A program made the translations under genes and the position numbers. The notes below the pieces were generated by a model, which had not been told where the DNA came from, ran no database searches, and saw only the letters and a program-made list of their open reading frames with translations. Shown piece after piece: positions 28,366 through 37,912 of a DNA stretch of 47,029 bases (positions are counted from its first letter, which is position 1; every line of letters starts with the position of its first letter). Source of the stretch: Deltaproteobacteria bacterium (lineage in GTDB: Bacteria > Desulfobacterota > Desulfobulbia > Desulfobulbales > BM004); the NCBI GenBank assembly GCA_024639555.1, contig JAHEID010000001.1, forward strand, positions 1-47,029, written 5' to 3'.

Positions 28366-31197
28366 ATGGACTACCGGGCAACCCTAAATCTGCCCCAGAC
28401 AAGTTTTAAGATGAAGGCGAATCTGCCCCAGAAGGAACCTGAGTTTTTGAAGCAATGGGAAAAAGTGGACCTGTATGGACAGATAGAGGCTGAGACAAGA
28501 AACAAACCCCTTTATATTCTCCATGATGGGCCGCCTTATGCAAACGGCCACATTCATCTTGGCACAGCTTTTAACAAGGTGCTCAAGGATATTATTCTTA
28601 AGTCAAAACGGATGGCAGGGTATCACTGCCCCTATGTTCCCGGTTGGGATTGTCATGGTCTTCCCATAGAGCACAATGTTGACAAGGAGCTGGGATCCAA
28701 GAAAAAAGAGATCCCCATCCTGTCTGTACGAGCGGCCTGCCGGAAATATGCTGAAAAATGGATAAAAATTCAGAAGGATGAGTTCAAGCGGCTCGGTGTT
28801 CTGGGGGATTGGGACAATCCATACCTGACAATCAATTATGGCTACGAGGCTTCCATTGCCAGGGAATTCAACAGGTTTTTACTCTCTGACGGAATAATAA
28901 GGAGTAAAAAACCAGTGTATTGGTGCTCATCGTGCCGTACTGCTCTGGCTGAAGCTGAAGTGGAGTATCACGATCACGGCTCCCCATCAATCTATGTCAA
29001 GTTCCCGGTGCTGGATGACCTTGGGCAGGTAGTTCCTGAATTGGCTGAGGAAAGACTTGCAGGTCGGAAAGTCTTCGCCCTGATCTGGACCACCACGCCC
29101 TGGACCCTGCCGGCCAACCTGGCTGTAGCTTTTCATCCGGACTACAATTATGGCGCGGTTGCGGTGGGAGATGAAATCTGGATTATGGCTGAAGACCTCA
29201 TTGAGCAGGCATTTGCCGGGTTCGGCGAGGATGTGATCAGCAGGGGGCATAAACTGCTCGCCACCTTTTCAGCTCGTGATATTGAAGGCAAAAAATGTAA
29301 ACATCCTTTCATGGAGCGCGAGTCGCTTATCATTCTGGCCAATTATGTGACGCTCGATACGGGCACCGGCATTGTGCATACCGCACCCGGTCATGGGCGG
29401 GAAGACTACATGAGCGGCCTGCAGTACAACTTGCCAATATTTTCTCCTGTTGATAGCGAGGGTGTTTTTACAGACGAAGCCGGGCCATACGAGGGGATAT
29501 TCATCTATGATGCCAACAAGCGCATCAATAGTGATTTGCAAGAGAAAGGGTTTCTGGTCAAGGAAGCTGCTATATCACACAGCTATCCGCACTGCTGGCG
29601 CTGCAAGAAGCCGGTTATTTTCCGGGCCACGGAACAGTGGTTCATCTCCATGGATAAAAACAACCTGCGTGACAATGCCCTGCTGGAGATAAAAAAGGTT
29701 GCCTGGACGCCGCGTTGGGGTATGGAGCGCATCTACGGCATGGTCGAAGTCAGGCCTGATTGGTGTCTCTCGCGGCAACGTGCCTGGGGGGTGCCGCTTA
29801 CCGTATTTACCTGTGAGGGCTGTGGTGAGATGCTCAAGGATGCAGCTGTGGCACAAAAAATTGTTTCCGTTTTTACAGCAGAGGGCGCTGATGCCTGGTT
29901 TAAACATGACGCAGCCCACTTCATTGGGGAGAATCGCAGCTGCGCAAACTGCGGTGGGACATCTTTCATTAAGGAAAATGATATCCTTGACGTCTGGTTT
30001 GATTCAGGAGTCAGTTATGCCGCTGTCCTGGAAGAGAGAGAGGAACTCAGAGCACCTGCTGATCTTTATCTGGAAGGAAGTGATCAGCATCGGGGATGGT
30101 TCCAGAGTTCTCTCCTGGCTTCGGTTGGAACGCGGGGGACCCCCCCATACAGGGGCGTCTTGACCCATGGCTTTGTGGTCGATGGGCAGGGCAAGAAAAT
30201 GTCCAAAAGTGTAGGGAACGTAATTGCTCCTGAAGAGATCATAAAAAAATACGGAGCCGAAATTCTCAGGCTCTGGGTGTCCAGTGAGGACTACCGTGAT
30301 GATATAAAGATCTCCGATGAGATATTGAAGCAACTGTCAGATGCCTATCGCAAGATCCGCAATACTATGCGGTTTTTCCTGGGGAATCTCTATGACTTTG
30401 ATCCTTCAACTGAAAGGGTTACCTATAAGGACATGGAAGAGCTTGACCGGTGGGCATTGCACCAGTTCGAGCTTTTGAAGCGTAAGGCAATCAAGGCTTA
30501 TGCTGATTTTGATTTTCATATTGTTTTTCATGGACTGCATCAGTTCTGCGGCGTTACCATGAGTGCCTTTTATCTCGATATTATCAAAGACAGGTTGTAT
30601 ACGGCTCTCCCGGATTCTTTAGAGAGGAAAGCAGCGCAGACGGTCCTGTATGATATTCTTGCCGGCCTGTTATGTATCATGGCGCCGGTGATGAATTTTA
30701 CTGCAGCTGAAGCATGGGAGCATCTGCCTCAGGCTGGTGGCGATGAGCAGCGCAAAGCCCATGAAGTTTTTCTGCAGGATTTTCCTGCAGAAAATGCAGA
30801 GGCAATTGATTCTGAACTGGATAAGAAATGGAAGCGCTTTTTGGCAGTACGATCTGAAATAACAAAGGCCCTTGAAGGAGCAAGGAGGGACAAGGTTATC
30901 GGTCATCCCCTGGAGGCAAAAGTCATGGTTAAGACAACCGGTTCTCTGGCTGAATTTCTTGCAGATAAATGGGATACCCTCAAGATGATATCCATTGTCT
31001 CGGAACTGTCCCAATCAGAGATTCTTGAAGGAGATATCTATACCAGTGAGGAATTACCCGAGTTGCAAGTCTCTATACTCCCTGCCTCCGGAGGGAAATG
31101 TGAAAGGTGCTGGCTTCGTTCTGAAACAGTGGGTGATGCAGCTGATCATCCTGAGCTTTGCAGCCGCTGCACCTCTGTTGTTACTCAATTAGTATAA
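28366..31197 (+). CDS. ileS: Isoleucyl-tRNA synthetase
   Basis: HIGH-type PPYANGHIHLGTA, KMSKS, CP1 editing domain, and C-terminal Zn knuckles CERCW...CSRC. Start taken at ATG 28366 (MDYRATLNLPQT) with SD aaggag. The ORF-track TTG at 28333 is less likely. Confidence 0.96.
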   Translation: MDYRATLNLPQTSFKMKANLPQKEPEFLKQWEKVDLYGQIEAETRNKPLYILHDGPPYANGHIHLGTAFNKVLKDIILKSKRMAGYHCPYVPGWDCHGLPIEHNVDKELGSKKKEIPILSVRAACRKYAEKWIKIQKDEFKRLGVLGDWDNPYLTINYGYEASIAREFNRFLLSDGIIRSKKPVYWCSSCRTALAEAEVEYHDHGSPSIYVKFPVLDDLGQVVPELAEERLAGRKVFALIWTTTPWTLPANLAVAFHPDYNYGAVAVGDEIWIMAEDLIEQAFAGFGEDVISRGHKLLATFSARDIEGKKCKHPFMERESLIILANYVTLDTGTGIVHTAPGHGREDYMSGLQYNLPIFSPVDSEGVFTDEAGPYEGIFIYDANKRINSDLQEKGFLVKEAAISHSYPHCWRCKKPVIFRATEQWFISMDKNNLRDNALLEIKKVAWTPRWGMERIYGMVEVRPDWCLSRQRAWGVPLTVFTCEGCGEMLKDAAVAQKIVSVFTAEGADAWFKHDAAHFIGENRSCANCGGTSFIKENDILDVWFDSGVSYAAVLEEREELRAPADLYLEGSDQHRGWFQSSLLASVGTRGTPPYRGVLTHGFVVDGQGKKMSKSVGNVIAPEEIIKKYGAEILRLWVSSEDYRDDIKISDEILKQLSDAYRKIRNTMRFFLGNLYDFDPSTERVTYKDMEELDRWALHQFELLKRKAIKAYADFDFHIVFHGLHQFCGVTMSAFYLDIIKDRLYTALPDSLERKAAQTVLYDILAGLLCIMAPVMNFTAAEAWEHLPQAGGDEQRKAHEVFLQDFPAENAEAIDSELDKKWKRFLAVRSEITKALEGARRDKVIGHPLEAKVMVKTTGSLAEFLADKWDTLKMISIVSELSQSEILEGDIYTSEELPELQVSILPASGGKCERCWLRSETVGDAADHPELCSRCTSVVTQLV

Positions 31198-31212
31198 AGA
31201 TAATGTTGCATC

Positions 31213-31737
31213 ATGTCAGGTTTGCCTGTGAATCCCAAGTATGAACTGAGAGATCTTATACCCTTCGGAATAGCTGTCGCAGTTGCAATTGTCGACCAGC
31301 TGACCAAGCTCTGGATAATGACAACATTTGCTCTCCACGAGCAGCAGAATATCATCCCCGGTGTATTTGACCTGGTCTATGTGACCAATACCGGGGCGGC
31401 CTTTGGATTTCTGGCGGGAAGTAAAAACTTGCTGCGCCAGGCTTTTTTTGTTGCAGTTGCCGTTATTGCCCTTATCGTCATAGTATTTGCCTACGGTCAC
31501 CTCAAGCGTCAGGGAAGAATTTTCGTTTACGCGCTGGGCTTGATCGCTGGGGGAGCTGTCGGCAACCTGATCGATCGGCTGCGTTTCGGTTCTGTAGTCG
31601 ACTTTCTGGACTTTTACCTTGGTTCGTACCACTGGCCGGCGTTTAATGTGGCTGATTCTGCAATTACCGTTGGCGTGGCATTGTTTCTGCTTGGCACCCT
31701 GCTGCAGCACCAGAAGCAGAAAAAAGAAGACAATTGA
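31213..31737 (+). CDS. lspA: Lipoprotein signal peptidase II
   Basis: Four TM segments and the conserved NTGAAFG and FNVADSAITVG motifs. Classic ileS-lspA pairing. Confidence 0.94.
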   Translation: MSGLPVNPKYELRDLIPFGIAVAVAIVDQLTKLWIMTTFALHEQQNIIPGVFDLVYVTNTGAAFGFLAGSKNLLRQAFFVAVAVIALIVIVFAYGHLKRQGRIFVYALGLIAGGAVGNLIDRLRFGSVVDFLDFYLGSYHWPAFNVADSAITVGVALFLLGTLLQHQKQKKEDN

Positions 31738-31746
31738 ACGTCAGTA

Positions 31747-31917
31747 ACTTTAGCTCACTTTAGGCACTTTAGTTAAATGCAGAATGACGAATGTCGAGTA
31801 ACGAATGACGGATAAAATTTAGATGGCAGTTGACAGATGGCAGCCATCAGCAAAAATAAACAATGAGTTGTCCGCTGACGGCTGAATGCTGACTGCTTAA
31901 TCAACTTTAGTCACTTT
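31747..31917. repeat. Mosaic of short degenerate tandem repeats filling the lspA-fabD spacer
   Basis: ACTTTAG occurs three times (31747, 31757, 31766) and again at 31904. One heptamer block is ATGACGA/ATGTCGA/GTAACGA/ATGACGG (31784-31811). A second is AGATGGC/AGTTGAC/AGATGGC/AGCCATC/AGCAAAA (31821-31855). A third is GCTGACG/GCTGAAT/GCTGACT/GCTTAAT (31874-31901). Confidence 0.8.
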
Positions 31918-31932
31918 TTTAGAGGATTCATA

Positions 31933-32883
31933 ATGCAGGGACATAAAATAGCAGTCCTTTTTCCCGGACAGGGCTCGCAGTTCATCGGTATGGGCAGGGA
32001 ATTTCTGGAGTCTGACGCAGAAGCTGATAAACTGATGGACCTTGCAGAATCAATAAGCTCAGCACCTTTAAGGAAATTATGCCTGGAAGGCCCCATGGAG
32101 GAATTAACCAGGGCAATTCACCTGCAGCCGGCATTGACGGCAATCAATCTGATATGCTGGCAGGCTGTCAGGAAAGCCGGGATACAGGCCGATTACTTTG
32201 CCGGGCACAGCCTTGGTGAGTACAGCGCTCTCTGTGGGGCAGGTATATTGACAGTTGAGGACACCATGAAACTGGTAAGTGAAAGGGGGGGGCTCAGTGA
32301 GCGGGAAGGCCGGGAAAACCCGGGAGGTATGCAGGCTGTTTTAGGTCTGACCCTGGAAGAGGTGGAGGATATTCTTGCTGCATTCCCGGAGGGTGATATG
32401 GTGTCGGTTGCTAATCATAACACGGAAACACAAATAGTCATTTCCGGTTACCATGACACCCTTGCTAAGGTTGATGCAATAGTGTCCGAAAAAGGAGGTA
32501 AGGCAATTCCCTTGAATATTGCTGTTGCCAACCATAGCCCACTGGTTGCCGGTGCTATTCCCGATTTTGAAAAAATCATGGCGGAGACCCCATTTTCCCC
32601 ACCGGGGAAGCCGATCCTGTTTAATGTAACTGCTGCTGAAGAAACAGACCCGACTGCCATCCGTTCAATCATGAGCAGGCAGATAGCCTCCAGGGTACGC
32701 TGGTTTGATATAATAAATTCCCTGGTGGCAAGAGGGGTGAATATGTTTGTTGAGGTAGGGCCCAAGAAGGTACTGACCGGATTAACGAAAAAAATTGTTC
32801 CAAAATCCTCAGGATGTAAATTATTTCAGGTTGATACCCCGGAAAATCTGGCGAAGTGTCTTAATGCTATACGGGCGGATTGA
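31933..32883 (+). CDS. fabD: Malonyl-CoA:ACP transacylase
   Basis: VLFPGQGSQ start, active-site GHSLGEYSAL, and later VANHSP. Confidence 0.93.
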   Translation: MQGHKIAVLFPGQGSQFIGMGREFLESDAEADKLMDLAESISSAPLRKLCLEGPMEELTRAIHLQPALTAINLICWQAVRKAGIQADYFAGHSLGEYSALCGAGILTVEDTMKLVSERGGLSEREGRENPGGMQAVLGLTLEEVEDILAAFPEGDMVSVANHNTETQIVISGYHDTLAKVDAIVSEKGGKAIPLNIAVANHSPLVAGAIPDFEKIMAETPFSPPGKPILFNVTAAEETDPTAIRSIMSRQIASRVRWFDIINSLVARGVNMFVEVGPKKVLTGLTKKIVPKSSGCKLFQVDTPENLAKCLNAIRAD

Positions 32884-33220
32884 TCCATCTTGTTATTATT
32901 CATAAAATAAAAAGCGCTCAAACTTGGGTAGCACGGTTCCCTGCCCGGGCAGCTGCATCCGTATTCGTTGCACGTAAAAAAATTACCCGTGGTCGGGCAT
33001 TGCTTGACTTTCGGTCAAGTTCCAATTATCTTTCCCTGTTTTTCAAAACGATCGGGGGCAGGCTGGGGTTACAGTCTGTTTAAAGGCGTTATAGTACAGA
33101 GGTATGGCCCCCAACATTTTTAGCTCGACTCTTCATTGCCATGACGGGAAACAACTTGTCTCAAGGTTGCGGCAAACAGTGGAGAGAGCCAAGTAGAAGG
33201 CGTATATTTGTGATTTGCAT

Positions 33221-34576
33221 ATGTTTGAAAATTTAACCGACAGACTGCAGAAAGTTTTCAAGGACCTGAGGGGATACGGCAGGCTCACTCCGGAAAACAT
33301 CGATGCGGCCCTGCGCCAGGTAAGGCTGGCCCTGCTGGAAGCAGATGTCAACTTCAAGGTGGTCAAGGAATTTATTGCCGCCATCTCCAAGCGTGCAGTG
33401 GGACAGGATGTACTCGAGAGTCTTACTCCCGGTCAGCAGGTAATAAAAATTGTCCACCAGGAATTGGTCGATCTGCTGGGCGGCCAGACTGAATTACTCA
33501 AACTTGATGGCAGACAGCCGGTTGTCATCATGCTGGCAGGCCTGCAGGGATCAGGTAAGACAACAACTGCGGCCAAACTGGCCAAATCCCTGAAGGGTAA
33601 AGGCAGAAGACCCTACCTGGTTCCTGCTGACGTCTATCGGCCTGCCGCTATCGATCAGCTCATGGTTCTGGGAGAATCCATAGGGGTTGAAGTATATCCA
33701 TCAGAATCAAGTCAAAACCCTGTAGCCATATGTCGCAATGCACTTATTGCGGCAGACGAGAAGAACCTGAACACTGTAATTATCGACACTGCAGGCCGTT
33801 TGCACATAGACCGGGAATTAATGGAAGAACTCCGGCAGATCAAGGTCCAGACTGAACCGGCTGAGATACTTTTTGTGGCTGATGCCATGACTGGACAGGA
33901 TGCCGTCACCGTAGCAGAGAAATTCAAGAATGACCTTGATTTGACAGGTGTGGTGCTCACCAAGATGGAAGGTGATGCCCGGGGCGGTGCGGCGCTTTCC
34001 ATCAAGAAGGTGACCGACCGTCCCATCAAGTTCGTTGGTGTGGGCGAGGGTATGGATGCCCTGGAGGTGTTCCATCCTGACCGTCTTGCCTCACGAATTC
34101 TTGGCATGGGTGATGTCCTTTCCTTGATTGAAAAGGCTGAGGAAGTTGTTGATAAGAAACAAGCTGAAAAGCTTGCCAAGAAAATCCAGAAAAATGAATT
34201 TTCCTTAGAGGATTTCCGGGATCAGATCCAGCAGATCAAGAAGATGGGCAGCCTTGAGCAGATAATGGGTATGATCCCCGGCCTCAACAAGATGAAGCAG
34301 ATGCAGAACATGCCCAAGCCGGATGAGAGTGAGCTGGTGCGCACTGAGGCAATAATAAATTCCATGACCCGGGTTGAGCGGCGGAATTACCAGATAATCA
34401 ATGCCAGCCGCCGGCAGCGCATTGCCAGCGGCAGCGGCACCAGTGTCCAGGATGTGAACAGGGTTATTAAAAGTTACTCCCAGATGCTGAAGATGATGAG
34501 AAAAATGAAGGGTTTTCCCGGGGGTATGGCGAGAGGCAAGAAAAAGCGGAAACTACCCAAGGGATTAAGACGCTAG
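33221..34576 (+). CDS. ffh: Signal recognition particle protein Ffh
   Basis: MFENLTDRLQ start, G1 motif GLQGSGKTTTAAKLA, DTAGR, and a Met-rich M domain. ATG 33221 is preferred over the TTG at 33215. Confidence 0.96.
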   Translation: MFENLTDRLQKVFKDLRGYGRLTPENIDAALRQVRLALLEADVNFKVVKEFIAAISKRAVGQDVLESLTPGQQVIKIVHQELVDLLGGQTELLKLDGRQPVVIMLAGLQGSGKTTTAAKLAKSLKGKGRRPYLVPADVYRPAAIDQLMVLGESIGVEVYPSESSQNPVAICRNALIAADEKNLNTVIIDTAGRLHIDRELMEELRQIKVQTEPAEILFVADAMTGQDAVTVAEKFKNDLDLTGVVLTKMEGDARGGAALSIKKVTDRPIKFVGVGEGMDALEVFHPDRLASRILGMGDVLSLIEKAEEVVDKKQAEKLAKKIQKNEFSLEDFRDQIQQIKKMGSLEQIMGMIPGLNKMKQMQNMPKPDESELVRTEAIINSMTRVERRNYQIINASRRQRIASGSGTSVQDVNRVIKSYSQMLKMMRKMKGFPGGMARGKKKRKLPKGLRR

Positions 34577-34700
34577 CATTATGATTTTATTTAAGGTATA
34601 ATATTAAATTCTGCTTTTTGGGATAAATAGTATGCCGTACTGGTAAAATTGGATAATTTAATTAATAAATTGCACTATAAATGAGGAGGAAACTCACAGA

Positions 34701-34961
34701 ATGGCGGTAAAAATTCGTTTGACAAGACTTGGAAGAAAAAAAATGCCCTACTACCGCATTGTTGTTGCAGATGTTGAGGCAAAGCGTGACGGCAGGTTTC
34801 TTGATATTGTCGGCACCTATGATCCATTGAAAGATCCGGCTGAGATTCATTTTGATGCAGCAAAGCTTCAGTCATGGCTTGATCAGGGTGCCAAACCAAC
34901 GCAGACTGTTAAAAGCCTGATTGCCAAACATGCAAGTGCTGAGACAGCCGTTGCGGAATAG
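34701..34961 (+). CDS. rpsP: 30S ribosomal protein S16
   Basis: [24 protein letters not shown], with SD gaggagg upstream. Confidence 0.96.
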   Translation: MAVKIRLTRLGRKKMPYYRIVVADVEAKRDGRFLDIVGTYDPLKDPAEIHFDAAKLQSWLDQGAKPTQTVKSLIAKHASAETAVAE

Positions 34962-34966
34962 GTTGT

Positions 34967-35197
34967 ATGAAAGAGTTGATTCACTATATTGTGACTGCAC
35001 TGGTTGATCATCCTGATGAGGTCCAGGTAAAAGAAACTGAACAGGATGATACCATTGTCGTTGAATTGAAGGTTGCGAAAGGGGATCTTGGCAAGGTGAT
35101 CGGCAAGCAGGGGAGAACGGCCCGGGCTATGCGTTCACTGCTTTCTGCTGCGGCAGGGAAGATCAACAAGCGTTCAAGGCTTGAAATTATGGAATAG
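34967..35197 (+). CDS. KH-domain RNA-binding protein (UPF0109/YlqC-like)
   Basis: 76 aa with the [20 protein letters not shown] motif. Conserved slot between rpsP and rimM. Confidence 0.85.
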   Translation: MKELIHYIVTALVDHPDEVQVKETEQDDTIVVELKVAKGDLGKVIGKQGRTARAMRSLLSAAAGKINKRSRLEIME

Positions 35198-35198
35198 A

Positions 35199-35762
35199 AT
35201 GACCCGGAACTCCGCCGGACGAAAAACTGAAATGGCTGACGATCTTGTTGTGATAGGCGAAGTTGCCAAGCCGCATGGTATCCGGGGAGAGGTAAAGGTA
35301 TATTCCTATTCTGAAAAGCCTGAAAATTTTAAGCACTATAAAAAAATTGTCCTGCAGGAACCGGCAGCAGGCAGGACAGATATATACAAAGTAGTTAAAA
35401 GCCGGGAGCAGGGTAAGCTGGCAATTCTGCAGCTGGAAGGTGTGGCTAGCAGGGAGGCAGCGGAAGCCCTCCAGGGAAGTACGGTCTGGTTACAGAAAGC
35501 TGACTTACCGAAACTGGATTCTGATGAATATTACTGGCACCAATTGATAGGCCTGCAGGTATGCACCGAGAGCGGCAGAGAGTTGGGAAAAGTTGCAGGT
35601 TTTGTTACCACCAAGGCCCATGATATATTGGTTGTGACGGGTGCAGGCCATGAATACATGATCCCGTTAAAAGGGGATATTATCAGAAACATTGATGAGC
35701 AGGGAGAAAAGCTGTTAATCGCCCCACCTCCGGGACTGCTGGAAGCAAATGAGGAAGATTAG
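35199..35762 (+). CDS. rimM: 16S rRNA processing protein RimM
   Basis: [19 protein letters not shown] and a PRC-barrel C-terminus. The start is uncertain: ATG 35199 or 35232, or the ORF-track TTG at 35181. Confidence 0.88.
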   Translation: MTRNSAGRKTEMADDLVVIGEVAKPHGIRGEVKVYSYSEKPENFKHYKKIVLQEPAAGRTDIYKVVKSREQGKLAILQLEGVASREAAEALQGSTVWLQKADLPKLDSDEYYWHQLIGLQVCTESGRELGKVAGFVTTKAHDILVVTGAGHEYMIPLKGDIIRNIDEQGEKLLIAPPPGLLEANEED

Positions 35763-35812
35763 TTTGCAGGTTATCTGTAAAAATAACTGAGACAAAAAAT
35801 ATTCTTGAGTTG

Positions 35813-36568
35813 ATGCGATTTGACATCCTGACAATTTTCCCGCAGTTGCTGGATTCCCCTCTGCAGGAAGGGATTATCCGGAGGGCGGTTGCAGCAGGTA
35901 AGATACGTGTCAATATCCATGATATAAGAGATTTTGCTCTGGATAAACATGCCATGACGGATGACCGACCTTTTGGGGGCGGTGAGGGCATGGTCATGAA
36001 ACCGGAGCCGATTGCAGGATCCCTGCGTGCTATTGAGAAAAAAAATCCCGGTGGCCGGGTTATATTTCTTTCTCCCCAGGGCAGGAGATATACCCAAAAG
36101 GAAGCGGAAAGACTTGCAGCTTATGAACATCTCATCCTGCTTTGCGGCAGATATGAAGGGGTTGATGAGAGGATCAGGGCAAATTATGTGGATGAAGAGA
36201 TCTCCATAGGTGATTATATCCTTACCGGTGGAGAACTGGCGGCAATGGTCATGGTTGATTCGATTACCAGGCTGCTGCCAGGGGTTTTGGGATGCGGCGA
36301 TTCGGTGGAAAATGATACGTTCAGCCGCGGACTCTTGAAAAATCCTCAATATACCAGGCCAAGGGAATTTGAAGGATATACGGTCCCTGAGGTTCTGATA
36401 AGTGGAGATCATTCTGCCATAGCAGAGTGGAGGCTTGTTACATCGGTACAGCAGACCTTGCAAAAAAGGCCGGAATTGCTAACACTGGCAGTTTTTAGCA
36501 AAGAAGAACTGCAGATTTTGAAAAAAAATAAGCTGCTTGAGGCTGTTGAACAGGAACAACGAGGCTGA
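35813..36568 (+). CDS. trmD: tRNA (guanine37-N1)-methyltransferase TrmD
   Basis: [22 protein letters not shown] and [14 protein letters not shown] motifs. ATG 35813 is preferred over the TTG at 35810. Confidence 0.95.
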   Translation: MRFDILTIFPQLLDSPLQEGIIRRAVAAGKIRVNIHDIRDFALDKHAMTDDRPFGGGEGMVMKPEPIAGSLRAIEKKNPGGRVIFLSPQGRRYTQKEAERLAAYEHLILLCGRYEGVDERIRANYVDEEISIGDYILTGGELAAMVMVDSITRLLPGVLGCGDSVENDTFSRGLLKNPQYTRPREFEGYTVPEVLISGDHSAIAEWRLVTSVQQTLQKRPELLTLAVFSKEELQILKKNKLLEAVEQEQRG

Positions 36569-36584
36569 TCCCGCAACTTGCTGC

Positions 36585-36650
36585 AGGGTTAGTACCCTTA
36601 GAAACAGGGCATAAACACCCTAAATAACAGGGTATAAACGAACGAATCTC
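36585..36650 (+). repeat. Three imperfect tandem units of about 21-23 nt, the first two hairpin-forming
   Basis: The units are AGGGTTAGTACCCTTAGAAAC, AGGGCATAAACACCCTAAATAAC and AGGGTATAAACGAACGAATC, starting at 36585, 36606 and 36629. The first two contain AGGG...CCCT inverted arms. Confidence 0.7.
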
Positions 36651-36793
36651 CGAAAAATAAAATCCTTACCTAAGGAAATTCCCGTGAGTTATACTGAGAC
36701 TGGGTAAAGCAGCTGCGGAAAGCATCAAAAATATTGATATATACAGCAGTAAAACCTCATTAACCACGTTGAATAAGCTGTATACAAGATAAA

Positions 36794-37396
36794 GTGACAG
36801 AGCAGGAGGTTGGAAAGGTCAGGATAGATTTGGCACTGATTCATTATCCGGTAATCAACAAAAACCAGGAAATAATCGGCTCAGCAGTTACAAATCTGGA
36901 CCTGCATGATATTTCACGGGCGGCAAAGACTTTCGGTGTTGGTTCCCTTTACGTTGTCACGCCATATAGTGACCAGCAGGAACTCTTCCAGGAACTGCTG
37001 GACCATTGGCTGAAAGGCCACGGGGCGGAATATAATGCCAAACGCGGTGAGGCCCTGTCCCTGGTAGATATTTGTGATGACCTGGGTCAGGTTCTTGCAA
37101 AAGTGACGGAAAAAAGGCAGCAGAAGCCTACAGTTCTGGCAACCTGCGCCCAGGAGAGACATTCCTCCATATGGCCGTACAGCATAGTGCGCCAAAAAAT
37201 TGCAGACGGGGAATGCTTTCTCATCCTTTTTGGTACCGCCTGGGGGTTGGCACAGGAAGTGATTGCAGCAGGAGACGGGATATTGCCGCCCATTGCCGGT
37301 GCAGGGAGTTACAACCACCTGTCGGTCAGGTCGGCTGCAGCTATTGTCCTTGACCGGCTGCTCGGAACAAGAGAGCAAGAAGTTAAAAAGATTTAG
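36794..37396 (+). CDS. Predicted SPOUT-class RNA methyltransferase (Methyltrn_RNA_4 / Thermotoga TM1570-like; tentative)
   Basis: 200 aa. The N-terminal LALIHYPVINKNQEIIGSAVTNLDLHDISRAAKTFGV stretch matches my memory of that family, and the location next to trmD is typical. The GTG start is uncertain. Confidence 0.65.
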   Translation: MTEQEVGKVRIDLALIHYPVINKNQEIIGSAVTNLDLHDISRAAKTFGVGSLYVVTPYSDQQELFQELLDHWLKGHGAEYNAKRGEALSLVDICDDLGQVLAKVTEKRQQKPTVLATCAQERHSSIWPYSIVRQKIADGECFLILFGTAWGLAQEVIAAGDGILPPIAGAGSYNHLSVRSAAAIVLDRLLGTREQEVKKI

Positions 37397-37540
37397 GACG
37401 AGTATATTATGTTAGGGACCCGGATCCAACGGGTTAATGGGAAAAAAGGTTTCAGTATCCGTAAACTGGGAAGATTTATTTAATAGGGGTGATGTGGAGG
37501 CACCCATCGGAAAAGAGAAGCAATCCGAGAACAGCAGAAC

Positions 37541-37894
37541 ATGAGTACCAATATTATTGAACGAATCGACAGAGAGCAGATGCGCTATGATATGCCGGAT
37601 TTCCGTGCCGGTGACTCAGTCAGGGTCCATATCCGTATCATTGAAGGCAACAAGGAAAGGGTCCAGATCTTTGAGGGTGTTGTTATCCGGCGTAGAAAAG
37701 GCAATATGGGAGCCACTTTTACCGTGCGGAAGATATCTCACGGCGTAGGAGTTGAAAAAACCTTTGCCCTGCATTCACCCAGGCTGGAAAAGGTGGAGAT
37801 TGTCTCCCGCGGTAAAGTTCGCCGCTCACGACTCTACTACCTGCGTGAACTCCGCGGTAAAGCTGCCCGTATCAAAGAAAAAGGCTTGCGCTAA
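37541..37894 (+). CDS. rplS: 50S ribosomal protein L19
   Basis: [29 protein letters not shown]...RRSRLYYLR. Confidence 0.96.
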   Translation: MSTNIIERIDREQMRYDMPDFRAGDSVRVHIRIIEGNKERVQIFEGVVIRRRKGNMGATFTVRKISHGVGVEKTFALHSPRLEKVEIVSRGKVRRSRLYYLRELRGKAARIKEKGLR

Positions 37895-37912
37895 CTGGCG
37901 GGGGGAGCAGGG

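Noticed and set aside
32880-33083. 67-aa plus-strand ORF after fabD
   Set aside because: It starts at a non-ATG codon overlapping the fabD stop. It has Arg/Ala-rich low-complexity content, no RBS and no recognisable family.
32884-33220. SRP (4.5S) RNA or 6S RNA next to ffh
   Set aside because: No match to the conserved SRP domain IV motif (GGAA tetraloop, with the AGCA-containing symmetric internal loop of the domain IV helix) was recognised. No long closing stem with a central bubble typical of 6S was seen either.
35771-36463. 230-aa minus-strand ORF
   Set aside because: It is antisense to trmD, which has clear SPOUT/TrmD motifs, and it lies in the middle of a plus-strand ribosomal operon.
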